DNA of 64,000 nucleotides from Eledone cirrhosa (GCA_964016885.1 OZ024740.1:176328001-176392000); one strand, 5' to 3'; numbered from the stretch's first letter, positions 1-15,400 are shown. Program-made: numbers and translations. Notes: a model not told the origin generated them from the letters alone.

Positions 1-379
1 ATACATACAAAAGCTGATGATAAAATATGATGATATGTAGCGCACCAAAATCATGATGACATGTAGTGCACCTCTAGGAGATGTGTTTTCAGCAATCACT
101 ATGATATACTTAAGAAATATTATTCAAAATCTACAACCTGTTATTTTATTCATACACCATATTAGGAAACCACTGTTAGAAATCATATTTCATATACATG
201 AAATACACATAAACATTTAGGTTACATAAGTTACTGAAGGTGAGACGCTATGTTTAACTCCCAGTTAGGCTTAAATAAGTCTGGCACGTATTACTGGTTT
301 TCTTGATATTATCTATGAAAGTTTACAAGCGCATTATATGTTCTAATATATATATTTCTTTGTTCTTTTTTGTTTACAG

Positions 380-418
380 AACCTAGCGAGGTACCACGAA
401 AAGATTCCCATACAACAG
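380..418 (+). CDS. Representative A-type 39-nt micro-exon, phase-1 translation (E)[12 protein letters not shown]
   Basis: Acceptor ttctttgttcttttttgtttacag and donor CAG|gtgata; length divisible by 3. Confidence 0.65.
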
Positions 419-3400
419 GTGATATGATGAAACATCTTTTATTGTATTATATATACTTCTTTATATACATAACTCTTTTACATGATATATATTGAAAATT
501 GGAATTAGGTGGCAGAAGGTAGCGTTCAATTTCTAGATGATTATATATATATATATGTTATGTAACAACAATTACTTATTTGGAAGAAGTGTGTTTTCTG
601 TATCAATGTAACAACCATGCTTGATGAATTTATATTATTTCAAAGATCAATTTTGAAACCTCTTTTTGAACGTAAACTTGACGTTTCTATATTATTTAAC
701 TTTCAACAAATGTAATGCAAAAACATGCGTGTAGGAAGTTACACAGAAACACACTAACACCCCGCCTCACATATATGCTACACACAGTCACAAATTTCAA
801 ACACACACGAATAAACACACCAAACTGCCCATTTATTATGTTTTTATTAAAAACATTATGATATATAAAAGACCTTTGTGACTAACAGTTAGTATTGAAT
901 ACATACAAAAGCTGATATCTTTAGCGTCTCTGAAATCAAACGACAGAATTAACTTAATATTTCGAATTCAATTAATCAAGGCAAGTAAGGTCAGCCGATC
1001 AGAACGGACACAAATACCCTAGTCAACGTAAACTGAAGTGTGGCTAGGAGATGGGTTTTCAGCAATCACTATCATATATAAAATAAATATTATTTAAAAT
1101 ATACTTGTGCACAATCAGTTATTTCATACATACCACATAGTAGGAAACCACCGTTTGAAATCAGAGTTCATAAACATGAAATATACATAACCATTTACGT
1201 CACATTAGATACTGAAGGTGAGAGGTTATGTTTAACTCTCAGAAAGGTTTAACTAATTTTGGAACGTATTTCTGTTCTTTTTTAAATGTTACGTATAATC
1301 GATTCCAAACGCAATATATTTTCTAAAATATATATTTCTTTATTCTTTTCTATTAACAGTATATGACAACGCACCACGAAGCTATTATTATACAACAGGT
1401 GATATGATGGAACATGTTATATTTTATTATATATACTACTATAAATACATAACTCTTTACATAATATATATGGAACAATTCGAATAAAAAATAGAAAGTA
1501 GGGTTCAATAACTTCCTGAGTATATATGTTATATACAAACAAGAATGTATTTGGGAGTCGTGTGTTTCCTCAACGATTATAGCATCCTCAATTTATGAAT
1601 TTATTTTATTTTAACGCCCATTTTTGAATGTTGTTTTTGAACGCGAATTAGACGTTTAAAAGAAATATTAAACCGTCTAAAAAGTTAATGCACAAACATG
1701 TGTGCAGAAATATACGAAGATGCACAGAAACTCACAATTGGCCGCAACGGAGATATTTATACACATATGCATAAACCAGCCAAACTACCTAATTTGTAGC
1801 AATTTATTTCGATCATGATGATATATAGAGCATCTCTATGACTATAGTTTGTTATTGAATACATACAAAAGTTGATGATAAAATATGATGATATGTAGCG
1901 CACCAAAATCATGATGACATGTAGTGCACCTCTAGGAGATGTGTTTTCAGCAATCATTATGATATACTTAAGAAATATTATTCAACATCTACAACCAGTT
2001 ATGTTATTCATACACCATATTAGGAAACCACTGTTAGAAATCATATTTCATATACATGAAATACACATAACCATTTACGTTACATAAGATACTGAAGGTG
2101 AGACGTTATGTTTAACTCCCAGTTAGGCTTAAATAAGTCTGGCACGTATTACTGGTTTTCTTGATATTATCTATGAAAGTTTACAAGCGCATTATATGTT
2201 CTAATATATATATTCCTCTGTTCATTTTTGTTTACAGAACCTAACGAGGTACCAGGAAAAGATTCCCATACAACAGGTGATATGATGAAACATCTTTTAT
2301 TGTATTATATATACTTCTTTATATACATAACTCTTTTACATGATATATATGGAAAATGGGAATTAGGTAGCAGAAGGTAGCGTTCAATTTCTAGATGAGT
2401 ATATATATATATATATATGTTATATAACAACAAGAACGTAATTGGAAGAAGTGTGTTTTCTGTATCAATGTAACAACCATGCTTGATGAATTTATATTAT
2501 TTCAAAGTTCCATTTTGAAACCTCTTTTTGAACGTAAACTTGACGTTTCTATATTATTTAACTTTCAACAAATGTAATGCAAAAACATGCGTGTAGGAAG
2601 TTACACAGAAACACACAAACTCCCGCCTCACATATATGCTACACACAGTCACAAATTTCAAGCACACACGAATAAACAGACCAAACTGCCCATTTTGTAT
2701 GTTTTATTAAAAACATTATGATATATATAAGACCTTTGTGACTAACAGTTAGTATTGAATACATACAAAATCTGATATCTTTAGCGTCTCCGAAATCAAA
2801 CGGCAGAATTATATTAATTTTCCGAATTCAATTAATCAAGGAAAGTAAGTTCAGCCGATCAGAACGGACACAAATACCATAGTCAACATAAACTGAAGTG
2901 TGGCTAGGAAATGGGTTTTCAGCAATCATTATCATATATACAAGAAATATTATTTAAAATATACTTGTGCTCAATCAGTTATTTCATTCATACCCCATAG
3001 TAGGAAACCACTGTTTGAAATCAGATTTCATAAACATGAAATATACAGAACCAATTACGTCACATTAGATACTGAAGGTGAGAGGTTATGTTTAACTCTC
3101 AGAAAGGTTTAACTAATTTTGGAACGTATTTCTGTTCTTTTTTAAATGTTACGTATAATCGATTACAAACGCAATATATTTTCTAAAATATATATTTCTT
3201 TATTCTTTTCTATTAACAGTATATGACAACGCACCACGAAATTATTATTATACAACAGGTGATATGATGGAACATGTTATATTTTATTATATATACTACT
3301 ATAAATACATAACTCTTTACATAATATATATGGAACAATTCGAATAAAAAATAGAAAGTAGGGTTCAATAACTCCATGAGTATATATGTTATATACAAAC

Positions 3401-6400
3401 AAGAATGTATTTGGGAGTCGTGTGTTTCCTCTACAATTATAGCATCCTCATTTTATAAATTTATTTTATTTTAACGCACATTTTTTAATGTTGTTTTAGA
3501 ACGTGAATTAGACGTTTAAAAGGAATATTAAACCGTCTACAAATTTAATGCACAAACATATGTGCAGAAATATACGAAGGTGCACAGAAACTCACAATTG
3601 GCCGCAACGGAGATATTTATACAGATATGCATAAACCAGCCAAACTACCTAATTTGTAGCAATTTATTTGAATGATGATGATATATAGAGCAGCTCTAAG
3701 ACTATAGTTTGTTATTGAATACATACAAAAGCTGATGATAAAATATGATGATATGTAGCGCACCACAATCATGATGACATGTAGTGCACCTCTAGGAGAT
3801 GTGCTTTCAGCAATCACTATGATATACTTAAGAAATATTATTCAAAATCTACAACCAGTTATTTTATTCATACACCATATTAGGAAACCACTGTTAGAAA
3901 TCAGATTTCATATATATGAAATACACATAACCATTTACGTTACATAAGATACTGAAGGTGAGACGTTATGTTTAACTCCCAGTTAGGCTTAAATAAGTCT
4001 GGCACGTATTACTGATTTTCTGAGTTCAAATCCCGTCGAGGTTAACTTTGCCTTTCATCCTTACGGGGTCGATAAAATAAAGTACCTGTAATGTACTGGG
4101 ATAATTGCTGGCCTTGTTCCAAAAGTAGAAACAATTACTGATTTTCTTGATATTATCTATGAAAGTTTACAAGCGCATTATATGCTCTAATATATATATT
4201 TCTATGTTCTTTTTTGTTCACAGAACCTAGCGAGGTACCAAGAAAAGATTCCCATACAACAGGTGATATGATGAAACATATTTTACTGTATTATATATAC
4301 TTCTTTATATACATAACTCTTTTACATGATATATATGGGAAATGGGAATTAGGTAGCAGAAGGTAGCGTTCAATTTCTAGATCAGTATATATATATATAT
4401 ATGTTATGTAACAACAAGAACGTATTTGGAAGATGTGTGTTTTCTGTATCAATGTAAGAACCATGCTTGATGAATTTATATTATTTTAAAGATCAATTTT
4501 GAAACCTCTTTTTGAACGTAAACTTGACGTTTCTATATTATTTAACTTTAAACAAATGTAATGCAAAAGCATGCGTGTAGGAAGTTACACAGAAACACAC
4601 AAACACCCGCCTCACATATATGCTACACACAGTCACAAATATCAAGCACACACGAATAAACACACCAAACTGCCCATTTTGTATGTTTTATTAAAAACAT
4701 TATGACATATAGAAGACCTTTGTGACTAACAGTTGGTAGAGAATACATACACAAGCTGATATTTAAGCGTCTCTGAAATCAAACGGCAGAATTAAATTAA
4801 TTTTCCGAAATCAATTAATCAATGAAAGTAAGTTCAGCCGATCAGAACGGACACAAATACCATAGTCAACATAAACTGAAGTGTGGCTAAAAGATGTGTT
4901 TTCAGCAATCACTATCATATATAAAATAAATATTATTTAAAATATACTTGTGCTCAATCAGTTATTTCATACATACCCCATAGTAGGAAACCACTGTTTG
5001 AAATCAGATTTCATAAACATGAAATATACAGAACCATTTACGTCACATTAGATACTGAAGGTGAGAGGTTATGTTTAACTCTCAGAAAGGTTTAACTAAT
5101 TTTGGAACGTATTTCTGTTCTTTTTTAAATGTTACGTATAATCGATTCCAAACGGAATATATTTTCTAAAATATATATTTCTTTATTCTTTTCTATTAAC
5201 AGTATATGACAACGCACCACGAAATTATTATTATACAACAGGTGATATGATGGAACATGTTATATTTTATTATATATACTTCTTTAAATACATAACTCAT
5301 TACATAATATATATGGAACAATTCCAATAAAACATAGAAAGTAGGGTTCAATAACTCCATGAGTATATATGTTATATACAAACAAGAATGTATTTGGGAG
5401 TCGTGTGTTTCCTCTACGATTATAGCATCCTCATTTTATAAACTTATTTTATTTTAACGCCCATTTTTGAATGTTGTTTTTGAACGTGAATTAGACGTTT
5501 AAAAGAAATATTAAACCGTCTACAAATTTAATGCACAAACATGTGTGCAGAAATATACGAAGATGCACAGAAACTCACAAATGGCTGCAACGGAGATATT
5601 TATACAAATATGCATAAACCAGCCAAACTACCTAATTTGTAGCATTTTATTTCAATCATGATGATATATAGAGCATTTCTATGACTATAGTTTGTTATTG
5701 AATACATACAAAAGCTGATGATAAAATATGATGATATGTAGCGCACCACAATCATGATGACATGTAGTGCACCTCTAGGAGATGTGTTTTCAGCAATCAC
5801 TATGATATACTTAAGAAATATTATTCAAAAATGTACAACCAGTTATTTTATTCATACACCATATTAGGAAACCACTGTTAGAAATCAGATTTCATATACA
5901 TGAAATACACATAACCATTTACGTTACATAAGATACTGAAGGTGAGACGTTATGTTTAACTCCCAGTTAGGCTTAAATAAGTCTGGCACGTATTACTGAT
6001 TTTCTTGATATTATCTATGAAAGTTTACAAGCGCATTATATGCTCTAATATATATATTTCTATGTTCTTTTTTGTTTACAGAACCTAGCGAGGTACCAAG
6101 AAAAGATTCCCATACAACAGGTGATATGATGAAACATCTTTTACTGTATTATATATACTTCTTTATATACATAACTCTTTTACATGATATATATGGAAAA
6201 TGGGAATTAGGTAGCAGAAGGTAGCGTTCAATTTCTAGATCAGTATATATATATATATATGTTATGTAACAACAACAACGTATTTGGAAGAAGTGTGTTT
6301 TCTGTATCAATGTAAGAACCATGCTTGATGAATTTATATTATTTTAAAGATCAATTTTGAAACCTCTTTTTGAATGTAAACTTGACGTTTCTATATTATT

Positions 6401-9400
6401 TAACTTTAAACAAATGTAATGCAAAAGCATGCGTGTAGGAAGTTACACAGAAACACACAAACACCCGCCTCACATATATGCTACACACAGTCACACATTT
6501 CAAGCACACACGAATAAACACACCAAACTGCCCATTTTGTATGTTTTATTAAAAACATTATGACATATAGAAGACCTTTGTGACTAACAGTTGGTAGAGA
6601 ATACATACACAAGCTGATATTTAAGCGTCTCTGAAATCAAACGGCAGAATTAAATTAATTTTCCGAAATCAATTAATCAATGAAAGTAAGTTCAGCCGAT
6701 CAGAACGGACACAAATACCATAGTCAACATAAACTGAAGTGTGGCTAAAAGATGTGTTTTCAGCAATCACTATCATATATAAAATAAATATTATTTAAAA
6801 TATACTTGTGCTCAATCAGTTATTTCATACATACCCAATAGTAGGAAACCACTGTTTGAAATCAGATTTCATAAACATGAAATATACAGAACCATATACG
6901 TCACATTAGATACTGAAGGTGAGAGGTTATGTTTAACTCTCAGAAAGGTTTAACAAATTTTGGAACGTATTTCTGTTCTTTTTTAAATGTTACGTATAAT
7001 CGATTCCAAACGCAATATATTTTCTAAAATATATATTTCTTTATTCTTTTCTATTAACAGTATATGACAACGCACCACGAAATTATTATTATACAACAGG
7101 TGATATGATGGAACATGTTATATTTTATTATATATACTTCTTTAAATACATAACTCATTACATAATATATATGGAACAATTCCAATAAAAAATAGAAAGT
7201 AGGGTTCAATAACTCCATGAGTATATATGTTATATACAAACAAGAATGTATTTGGGAGTCGTGTGTTTCCTCTACGATTATAGCATCCTCATTTTATAAA
7301 CTTATTTTATTTTAACGCCCATTTTTGAATGTTGTTTTTGAACGTGAATTAGACGTTTAAAAGAAATATTAAACCGTCTACAAATTTAATGCACAAACAT
7401 GTGTGCAGAAATATACGAAGATGCACAGAAACTCACAAATGGCTGCAACGGAGATATTTATACAAATATGCATAAACCAGCCAAACTACCTAATTTGTAG
7501 CATTTTATTTCAATCATGATGATATATAGAGCATTTCTATGACTATAGTTTGTTATTGAATACATACAAAAGCTGATGATAAAATATGATGATATGTAGC
7601 GCACCACAATCATGATGACATGTAGTGCACCTCTAGGAGATGTGCTTTCAGCAATCACTATGATATACTTAAGAAATATTATTCAAAATCTACAACCAGT
7701 TATTTTATTCATACACCATATTAGGAAACCACTGTTAGAAATCAGATTTCATATATATGAAATACACATAACCATTTACGTTACATAAGATACTGAAGGT
7801 GAGACGTTATGTTTAACTCCCAGTTAGGCTTAAATAAGTCTGGCACGTATTACTGATTTTCTGAGTTCAAATCCCGTCGAGGTTAACTTTGCCTTTCATC
7901 CTTACGGGGTCGATAAAATAAAGTACCTGTAATGTACTGGGATAATTGCTGGCCTTGTTCCAAAAGTAGAAACAATTACTGATTTTCTTGATATTATCTA
8001 TGAAAGTTTACAAGCGCATTATATGCTCTAATATATATATTTCTATGTTCTTTTTTGTTCACAGAACCTAGCGAGGTACCAAGAAAAGATTCCCATACAA
8101 CAGGTGATATGATGAAACATATTTTACTGTATTATATATACTTCTTTATATACATAACTCTTTTACATGATATATATGGGAAATGGGAATTAGGTAGCAG
8201 AAGGTAGCGTTCAATTTCTAGATCAGTATATATATATATATATGTTATGTAACAACAAGAACGTATTTGGAAGAAGTGTGTTTTCTGTATCAATGTAAGA
8301 ACCATGCTTGATGAATTTATATTATTTTAAAGATCAATTTTGAAACCTCTTTTTGAACGTAAACTTGACGTTTCTATATTATTTAACTTTAAACAAATGT
8401 AATGCAAAAGCATGCGTGTAGGAAGTTACACAGAAACACACAAACACCCGCCTCACATATATGCTACACACAGTCACAAATATCAAGCACACACGAATAA
8501 ACACACCAAACTGCCCATTTTGTATGTTTTATTAAAAACATTATGACATATAGAAGACCTTTGTGACTAACAGTTGGTAGAGAATACATACACAAGCTGA
8601 TATTTAAGCGTCTCTGAAATCAAACGGCAGAATTAAATTAATTTTCCGAAATCAATTAATCAATGAAAGTAAGTTCAGCCGATCAGAACGGACACAAATA
8701 CCATAGTCAACATAAACTGAAGTGTGGCTAAAAGATGTGTTTTCAGCAATCACTATCATATATAAAATAAATATTATTTAAAATATACTTGTGCTCAATC
8801 AGTTATTTCATACATACCCCATAGTAGGAAACCACTGTTTGAAATCAGATTTCATAAACATGAAATATACAGAACCATTTACGTCACATTAGATACTGAA
8901 GGTGAGAGGTTATGTTTAACTCTCAGAAAGGTTTAACTAATTTTGGAACGTATTTCTGTTCTTTTTTAAATGTTACGTATAATCGATTCCAAACGGAATA
9001 TATTTTCTAAAATATATATTTCTTTATTCTTTTCTATTAACAGTATATGACAACGCACCACGAAATTATTATTATACAACAGGTGATATGATGGAACATG
9101 TTATATTTTATTATATATACTTCTTTAAATACATAACTCATTACATAATATATATGGAACAATTCCAATAAAACATAGAAAGTAGGGTTCAATAACTCCA
9201 TGAGTATATATGTTATATACAAACAAGAATGTATTTGGGAGTCGTGTGTTTCCTCTACGATTATAGCATCCTCATTTTATAAACTTATTTTATTTTAACG
9301 CCCATTTTTGAATGTTGTTTTTGAACGTGAATTAGACGTTTAAAAGAAATATTAAACCGTCTACAAATTTAATGCACAAACATGTGTGCAGAAATATACG

Positions 9401-12400
9401 AAGATGCACAGAAACTCACAAATGGCTGCAACGGAGATATTTATACAAATATGCATAAACCAGCCAAACTACCTAATTTGTAGCATTTTATTTCAATCAT
9501 GATGATATATAGAGCATTTCTATGACTATAGTTTGTTATTGAATACATACAAAAGCTGATGATAAAATATGATGATATGTAGCGCACCACAATCATGATG
9601 ACATGTAGTGCACCTCTAGGAGATGTGTTTTCAGCAATCACTATGATATACTTAAGAAATATTATTCAAAAATGTACAACCAGTTATTTTATTCATACAC
9701 CATATTAGGAAACCACTGTTAGAAATCAGATTTCATATACATGAAATACACATAACCATTTACGTTACATAAGATACTGAAGGTGAGACGTTATGTTTAA
9801 CTCCCAGTTAGGCTTAAATAAGTCTGGCACGTATTACTGATTTTCTTGATATTATCTATGAAAGTTTACAAGCGCATTATATGCTCTAATATATATATTT
9901 CTATGTTCTTTTTTGTTTACAGAACCTAGCGAGGTACCAAGAAAAGATTCCCATACAACAGGTGATATGATGAAACATCTTTTACTGTATTATATATACT
10001 TCTTTATATACATAACTCTTTTACATGATATATATGGAAAATGGGAATTAGGTAGCAGAAGGTAGCGTTCAATTTCTAGATCAGTATATATATATATATA
10101 TGTTATGTAACAACAACAACGTATTTGGAAGAAGTGTGTTTTCTGTATCAATGTAAGAACCATGCTTGATGAATTTATATTATTTTAAAGATCAATTTTG
10201 AAACCTCTTTTTGAATGTAAACTTGACGTTTCTATATTATTTAACTTTAAACAAATGTAATGCAAAAGCATGCGTGTAGGAAGTTACACAGAAACACACA
10301 AACACCCGCCTCACATATATGCTACACACAGTCACACATTTCAAGCACACACGAATAAACACACCAAACTGCCCATTTTGTATGTTTTATTAAAAACATT
10401 ATGACATATAGAAGACCTTTGTGACTAACAGTTGGTAGAGAATACATACACAAGCTGATATTTAAGCGTCTCTGAAATCAAACGGCAGAATTAAATTAAT
10501 TTTCCGAAATCAATTAATCAATGAAAGTAAGTTCAGCCGATCAGAACGGACACAAATACCATAGTCAACATAAACTGAAGTGTGGCTAAAAGATGTGTTT
10601 TCAGCAATCACTATCATATATAAAATAAATATTATTTAAAATATACTTGTGCTCAATCAGTTATTTCATACATACCCAATAGTAGGAAACCACTGTTTGA
10701 AATCAGATTTCATAAACATGAAATATACAGAACCATATACGTCACATTAGATACTGAAGGTGAGAGGTTATGTTTAACTCTCAGAAAGGTTTAACAAATT
10801 TTGGAACGTATTTCTGTTCTTTTTTAAATGTTACGTATAATCGATTCCAAACGCAATATATTTTCTAAAATATATATTTCTTTATTCTTTTCTATTAACA
10901 GTATATGACAACGCACCACGAAATTATTATTATACAACAGGTGATATGATGGAACATGTTATATTTTATTATATATACTTCTTTAAATACATAACTCATT
11001 ACATAATATATATGGAACAATTCCAATAAAAAATAGAAAGTAGGGTTCAATAACTCCATGAGTATATATGTTATATACAAACAAGAATGTATTTGGGAGT
11101 CGTGTGTTTCCTCTACGATTATAGCATCCTCATTTTATAAACTTATTTTATTTTAACGCCCATTTTTGAATGTTGTTTTTGAACGTGAATTAGACGTTTA
11201 AAAGAAATATTAAACCGTCTACAAATTTAATGCACAAACATGTGTGCAGAAATATACGAAGATGCACAGAAACTCACAAATGGCTGCAACGGAGATATTT
11301 ATACAAATATGCATAAACCAGCCAAACTACCTAATTTGTAGCATTTTATTTCAATCATGATGATATATAGAGCATTTCTATGACTATAGTTTGTTATTGA
11401 ATACATACAAAAGCTGATGATAAAATATGATGATATGTAGCGCACCACAATCATGATGACATGTAGTGCACCTCTTGGAGATGTGTTTTCAGCAATCACT
11501 ATGATATACTTAAGAAATATTATTCAAAAATCTACAACCAGTTATTTTATTCATACACCATATTAGGAAACCACTGTTAGAAATCAGATTTCATATATAT
11601 GAAATACACATAACCATTTACGTTACATAAGATACTGAAGGTGAGACGTTATGTTTAACTCCCCGTTAGGCTTAAATAAGTCTGGCACGTATTACTGATT
11701 TTCTTGATATTATCTATGAAAGTTTGCAAGCGCATTATATGCTCTAATATATATATTTCTATGTTCTTTTTTGTTTACAGAACCTAGCGAGGTACCAAGA
11801 AAAGATTCCCATACAACAGGTGATATGATGAAACATCTTTTACTGTATTATATATACTTCTTTATATACATAACTCTTTTACATGATATATATGGAAAAT
11901 GGGAATTAGGTAGCAGAAGGTAGCGTTCAATTTCTAGATCAGTATATATATATATATATGTTATGTAACAACAACAACGTATTTGGAAGAAGTGTGTTTT
12001 CTGTATCAATGTAAGAACCATGCTTGATGAATTTATATTATTTTAAAGATCAATTTTGAAACCTCTTTTTGAACGTAAACTTGACGTTTCTATATTATTT
12101 AACTTTAAACAAATGTAATGCAAAAGCATGCGTGTAGGAAGTTACACAGAAACACACAAACACCCGCCTCACATATATGCTACACACAGTCACAAATTTC
12201 AAGCACACACGAATAAACACACCAAACTGCCCATTTTGTATGTTTTATTAAAAACATTATGACATATAGAAGACCTTTGTGACTAACAGTTGGTAGAGAA
12301 TACATACACAAGCTGATATTTAAGCGTCTCTGAAATCAAACGGCAGAATTAAATTAATTTTCCGAAATCAATTAATCAATGAAAGTAAGTTCAGCCGATC

Positions 12401-15400
12401 AGAACGGACACAAATACCATAGTCAACATAAACTGAAGTGTGGCTAAAAGATGTGTTTTCAGCAATCACTATCATATATAAAATAAATATTATTTAAAAT
12501 ATACTTGTGCTCAATCAGTTATTTCATACATACCCAATAGTAGGAAACCACTGTTTGAAATCAGATTTCATAAACATGAAATATACAGAACCATTTACGT
12601 CACATTAGATACTGAAGGTGAGAGGTTATGTTTAACTCTCAGAAAGGTTTAACAAATTTTGGAACGTATTTCTGTTCTTTTTTAAATGTTACGTATAATC
12701 GATTCCAAACGCAATATATTTTCTAAAATATATATTTCTTTATTCTTTTCTATTAACAGTATATGACAACGCACCACGAAATTATTATTATACAACAGGT
12801 GATATGATGGAACATGTTATATTTTATTATATATACTTCTTTAAATACATAACTCATTACATAATATATATGGAAAATGGGAATTAGGTAGCAGAAGGTA
12901 GCGTTCAATTTCTAGATCAGTATATATATATATGTTATGTAACAACAACAACGTATTTGGAAGAAGTGTGTTTTCTGTATCAATGTAAGAACCATACTTG
13001 ATGAATTTATATTATTTTAAAGATCAATTTTGAAACCTCTTTTTGAACGTAAACTTGACGTTTCTATATTATTTAACTTTCAACAAATGTAATGCAAAAA
13101 CATGTGTGTTAGAAGTTACACAGAAACACACTAACACCCGCCTCACATATATGCTACACACAGTCACAAATTCCAAGCACACACGAATAAACACACCAAA
13201 CAGCCCATTTTGTATGTTTTTATTAAAAACATTATGATATATCGTAATCAAGTGCGCTAAACCTATATTGTTTACATTCTGTGTTTTTCTACGGATGGGT
13301 AGAAATAACAAAATTGCCATGGTGATATCCATCGATGAAATATGTGACAAAACCGGCCGATGTCCCAAGATAGAACATTGCCCAGAAAATCACATCTGCC
13401 ATATCTGTGCGGAACCCGAAAACTCGTTCCGTAATCGCTGGGTCGAATGTGGAACCTGTCGCATCTCTGTCTGCCTTCAATGCGCCACAGGCTTCCGGAG
13501 GATCCCAGGCCAAAAAAAGAGACACCATAATGCTATGATGGATGGAATATGGGAGATGGTCCAGCTAAAATCCTGGTCCTTTCAGTGTCTGGCCTGTGTG
13601 CCTGCCTCCACGAATGTTATTAATGTTATTGAAAAACAACAACAACAACAAAAACCAATGACTGTGTCTTCCTCTACCACTGTTACTGAACAACGGCAAA
13701 AACCTATGACACTGGCTTCTACTGTTATTCCTGTGGGAGAACATCAGAAACAACAACAACCCATGTCTTCCACTCCCAGTACATCTCGACACCAACAACT
13801 GGTGACTGTGTCTTCCCCTACCATTCCCGTGGAGGAACATCATCATCACCAACAACAACAACAGCAACAACCTGCGACTGTGTCCTCCCCTGCCATTCCC
13901 GTGGAGGAACATCATCATCACCAACAACAACAACAACAGCAACAACCTGCGACTGTGTCCTCCCCTGCCATTCCCGTGGAGGAACATCATCACCAACAAC
14001 GACAGCAGCAGCAGCAACAACAACAACAACAACAACCGACCAGTACAGATTTTGCGGAACTGCAACTAATGATTTCTGCTCTGAGAAGGGAAGTTGCAGG
14101 AATAGAGGCAAGCATTCGGGTAGGACCCCACAATGAGGGGTCTTATCGGAATGCCTTGCTAAAGAATCTCCCTGTACCTCTTGCTGGAAAGACTGAAAAG
14201 ACTGCGGAATCTGCTACCCATGAAGTGATTGCCATTGGGGTACCAGAGGACAAGGCCGATCTTCAGGCATTTGCTGCCAGCTCGGCCAAAGACCTAGGCT
14301 GTGTTCCCCCAAAGGGTGCCCTCCGCCTTGGTCGACCTGGTCCAAAACCCAGACTCATCAGGCTGTCTTTCTCGGACCCCGCAGAGGCAACCTCATATCA
14401 TCTGGCCTCTGCTAAAGCTGGGCGTGAAAATCGGATTACCTTCCGAACACGCCCAGGCCTACCACCCCATGTACGTCAAAAACTACGTGCTGCAGCCTCC
14501 TTGAATCGGAACTCAGCACAAGATGAAAGTTTCAGTCTGCGTGATGATGGGCAGATCTGGAGGTTTGTCAAGGCGGGTGAAACGTGGAAGAGAGATACCA
14601 GCTGGTCTGAGTGTGATCTACCCACAATAACTGGCAATGTAAAAACTGCTACAACTCTGGGAAACTAAACCAGAACAACCTGCCACCCTCTACACACCAT
14701 CATAGACTGCGAGCAGGGTACAAATTGTTGTCCTTAAATGCTCGCAGTTTATGCAACAAGATACATCTGTTCGAATCCTACGTCAGAAGCATCGACCCTG
14801 ACTTCATCACAGTCACGGAAACATGGGCACATTCCTTACTCTGTGATGGGGTTTTCACCATTACTGGGTACAACCTTTTCCGCAAGGACCGCATTAACCG
14901 CCGTGGTGGTGGTGTGATGGTCTACGTTCGTTCAAACTTTTCGGTAATTCCTTGCGTTGATTTGAACGAATCACAGGAAGAAGTTTTTTTCTGTGACATA
15001 CGTATGACCATGTCAACACTTCTGCTTGGTGTTGTTTATCGCCCCCCAAACTACCATCAGGACACACAGCTTTGCGATATCCTCAGAGTTGCTGCCAAGA
15101 AAACAGCCACTTATGTGTTTATTGCAGGTGACTTCAATCATCCTGAGATCGATTGGGAAACCTTTCGTTGGCCACAGGGTGCAAACGATTTCCTTGAACT
15201 AGTGCTGGACTCAAACTGGTCACAAGTAGTCACCTCTCCAACAAGAGGTGACAACACTTTGGACCTGATCTTCACCACTACTCCTGAAGTGGTTATCAGT
15301 TGTACTACTGAGGAACCTCTAGGCGACTCTGATCATGCTATGATCATTGCCAATCTGGCACTTGAGGGCAGCAACAAAAACCAGAGCCATCTCCAATCTG

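Noticed and set aside
380-1398. Phase-0 reading of the 39-nt exons ([13 protein letters not shown] / [13 protein letters not shown])
   Set aside because: Also stop-free, so it is not excluded. It is less favoured because copy-to-copy variants are silent or conservative mainly in phase 1. Phase 2 has an immediate stop.
2838-2855. Strong donor-like AAA|GTAAGT once per unit
   Set aside because: No consistent upstream acceptor or frame-preserving exon could be defined by eye.
2900-3112. 70-aa plus-strand ORF / larger exon ending at the GTGAGA donor
   Set aside because: Most copies have an in-frame TAA shortly after the ttttcag site.
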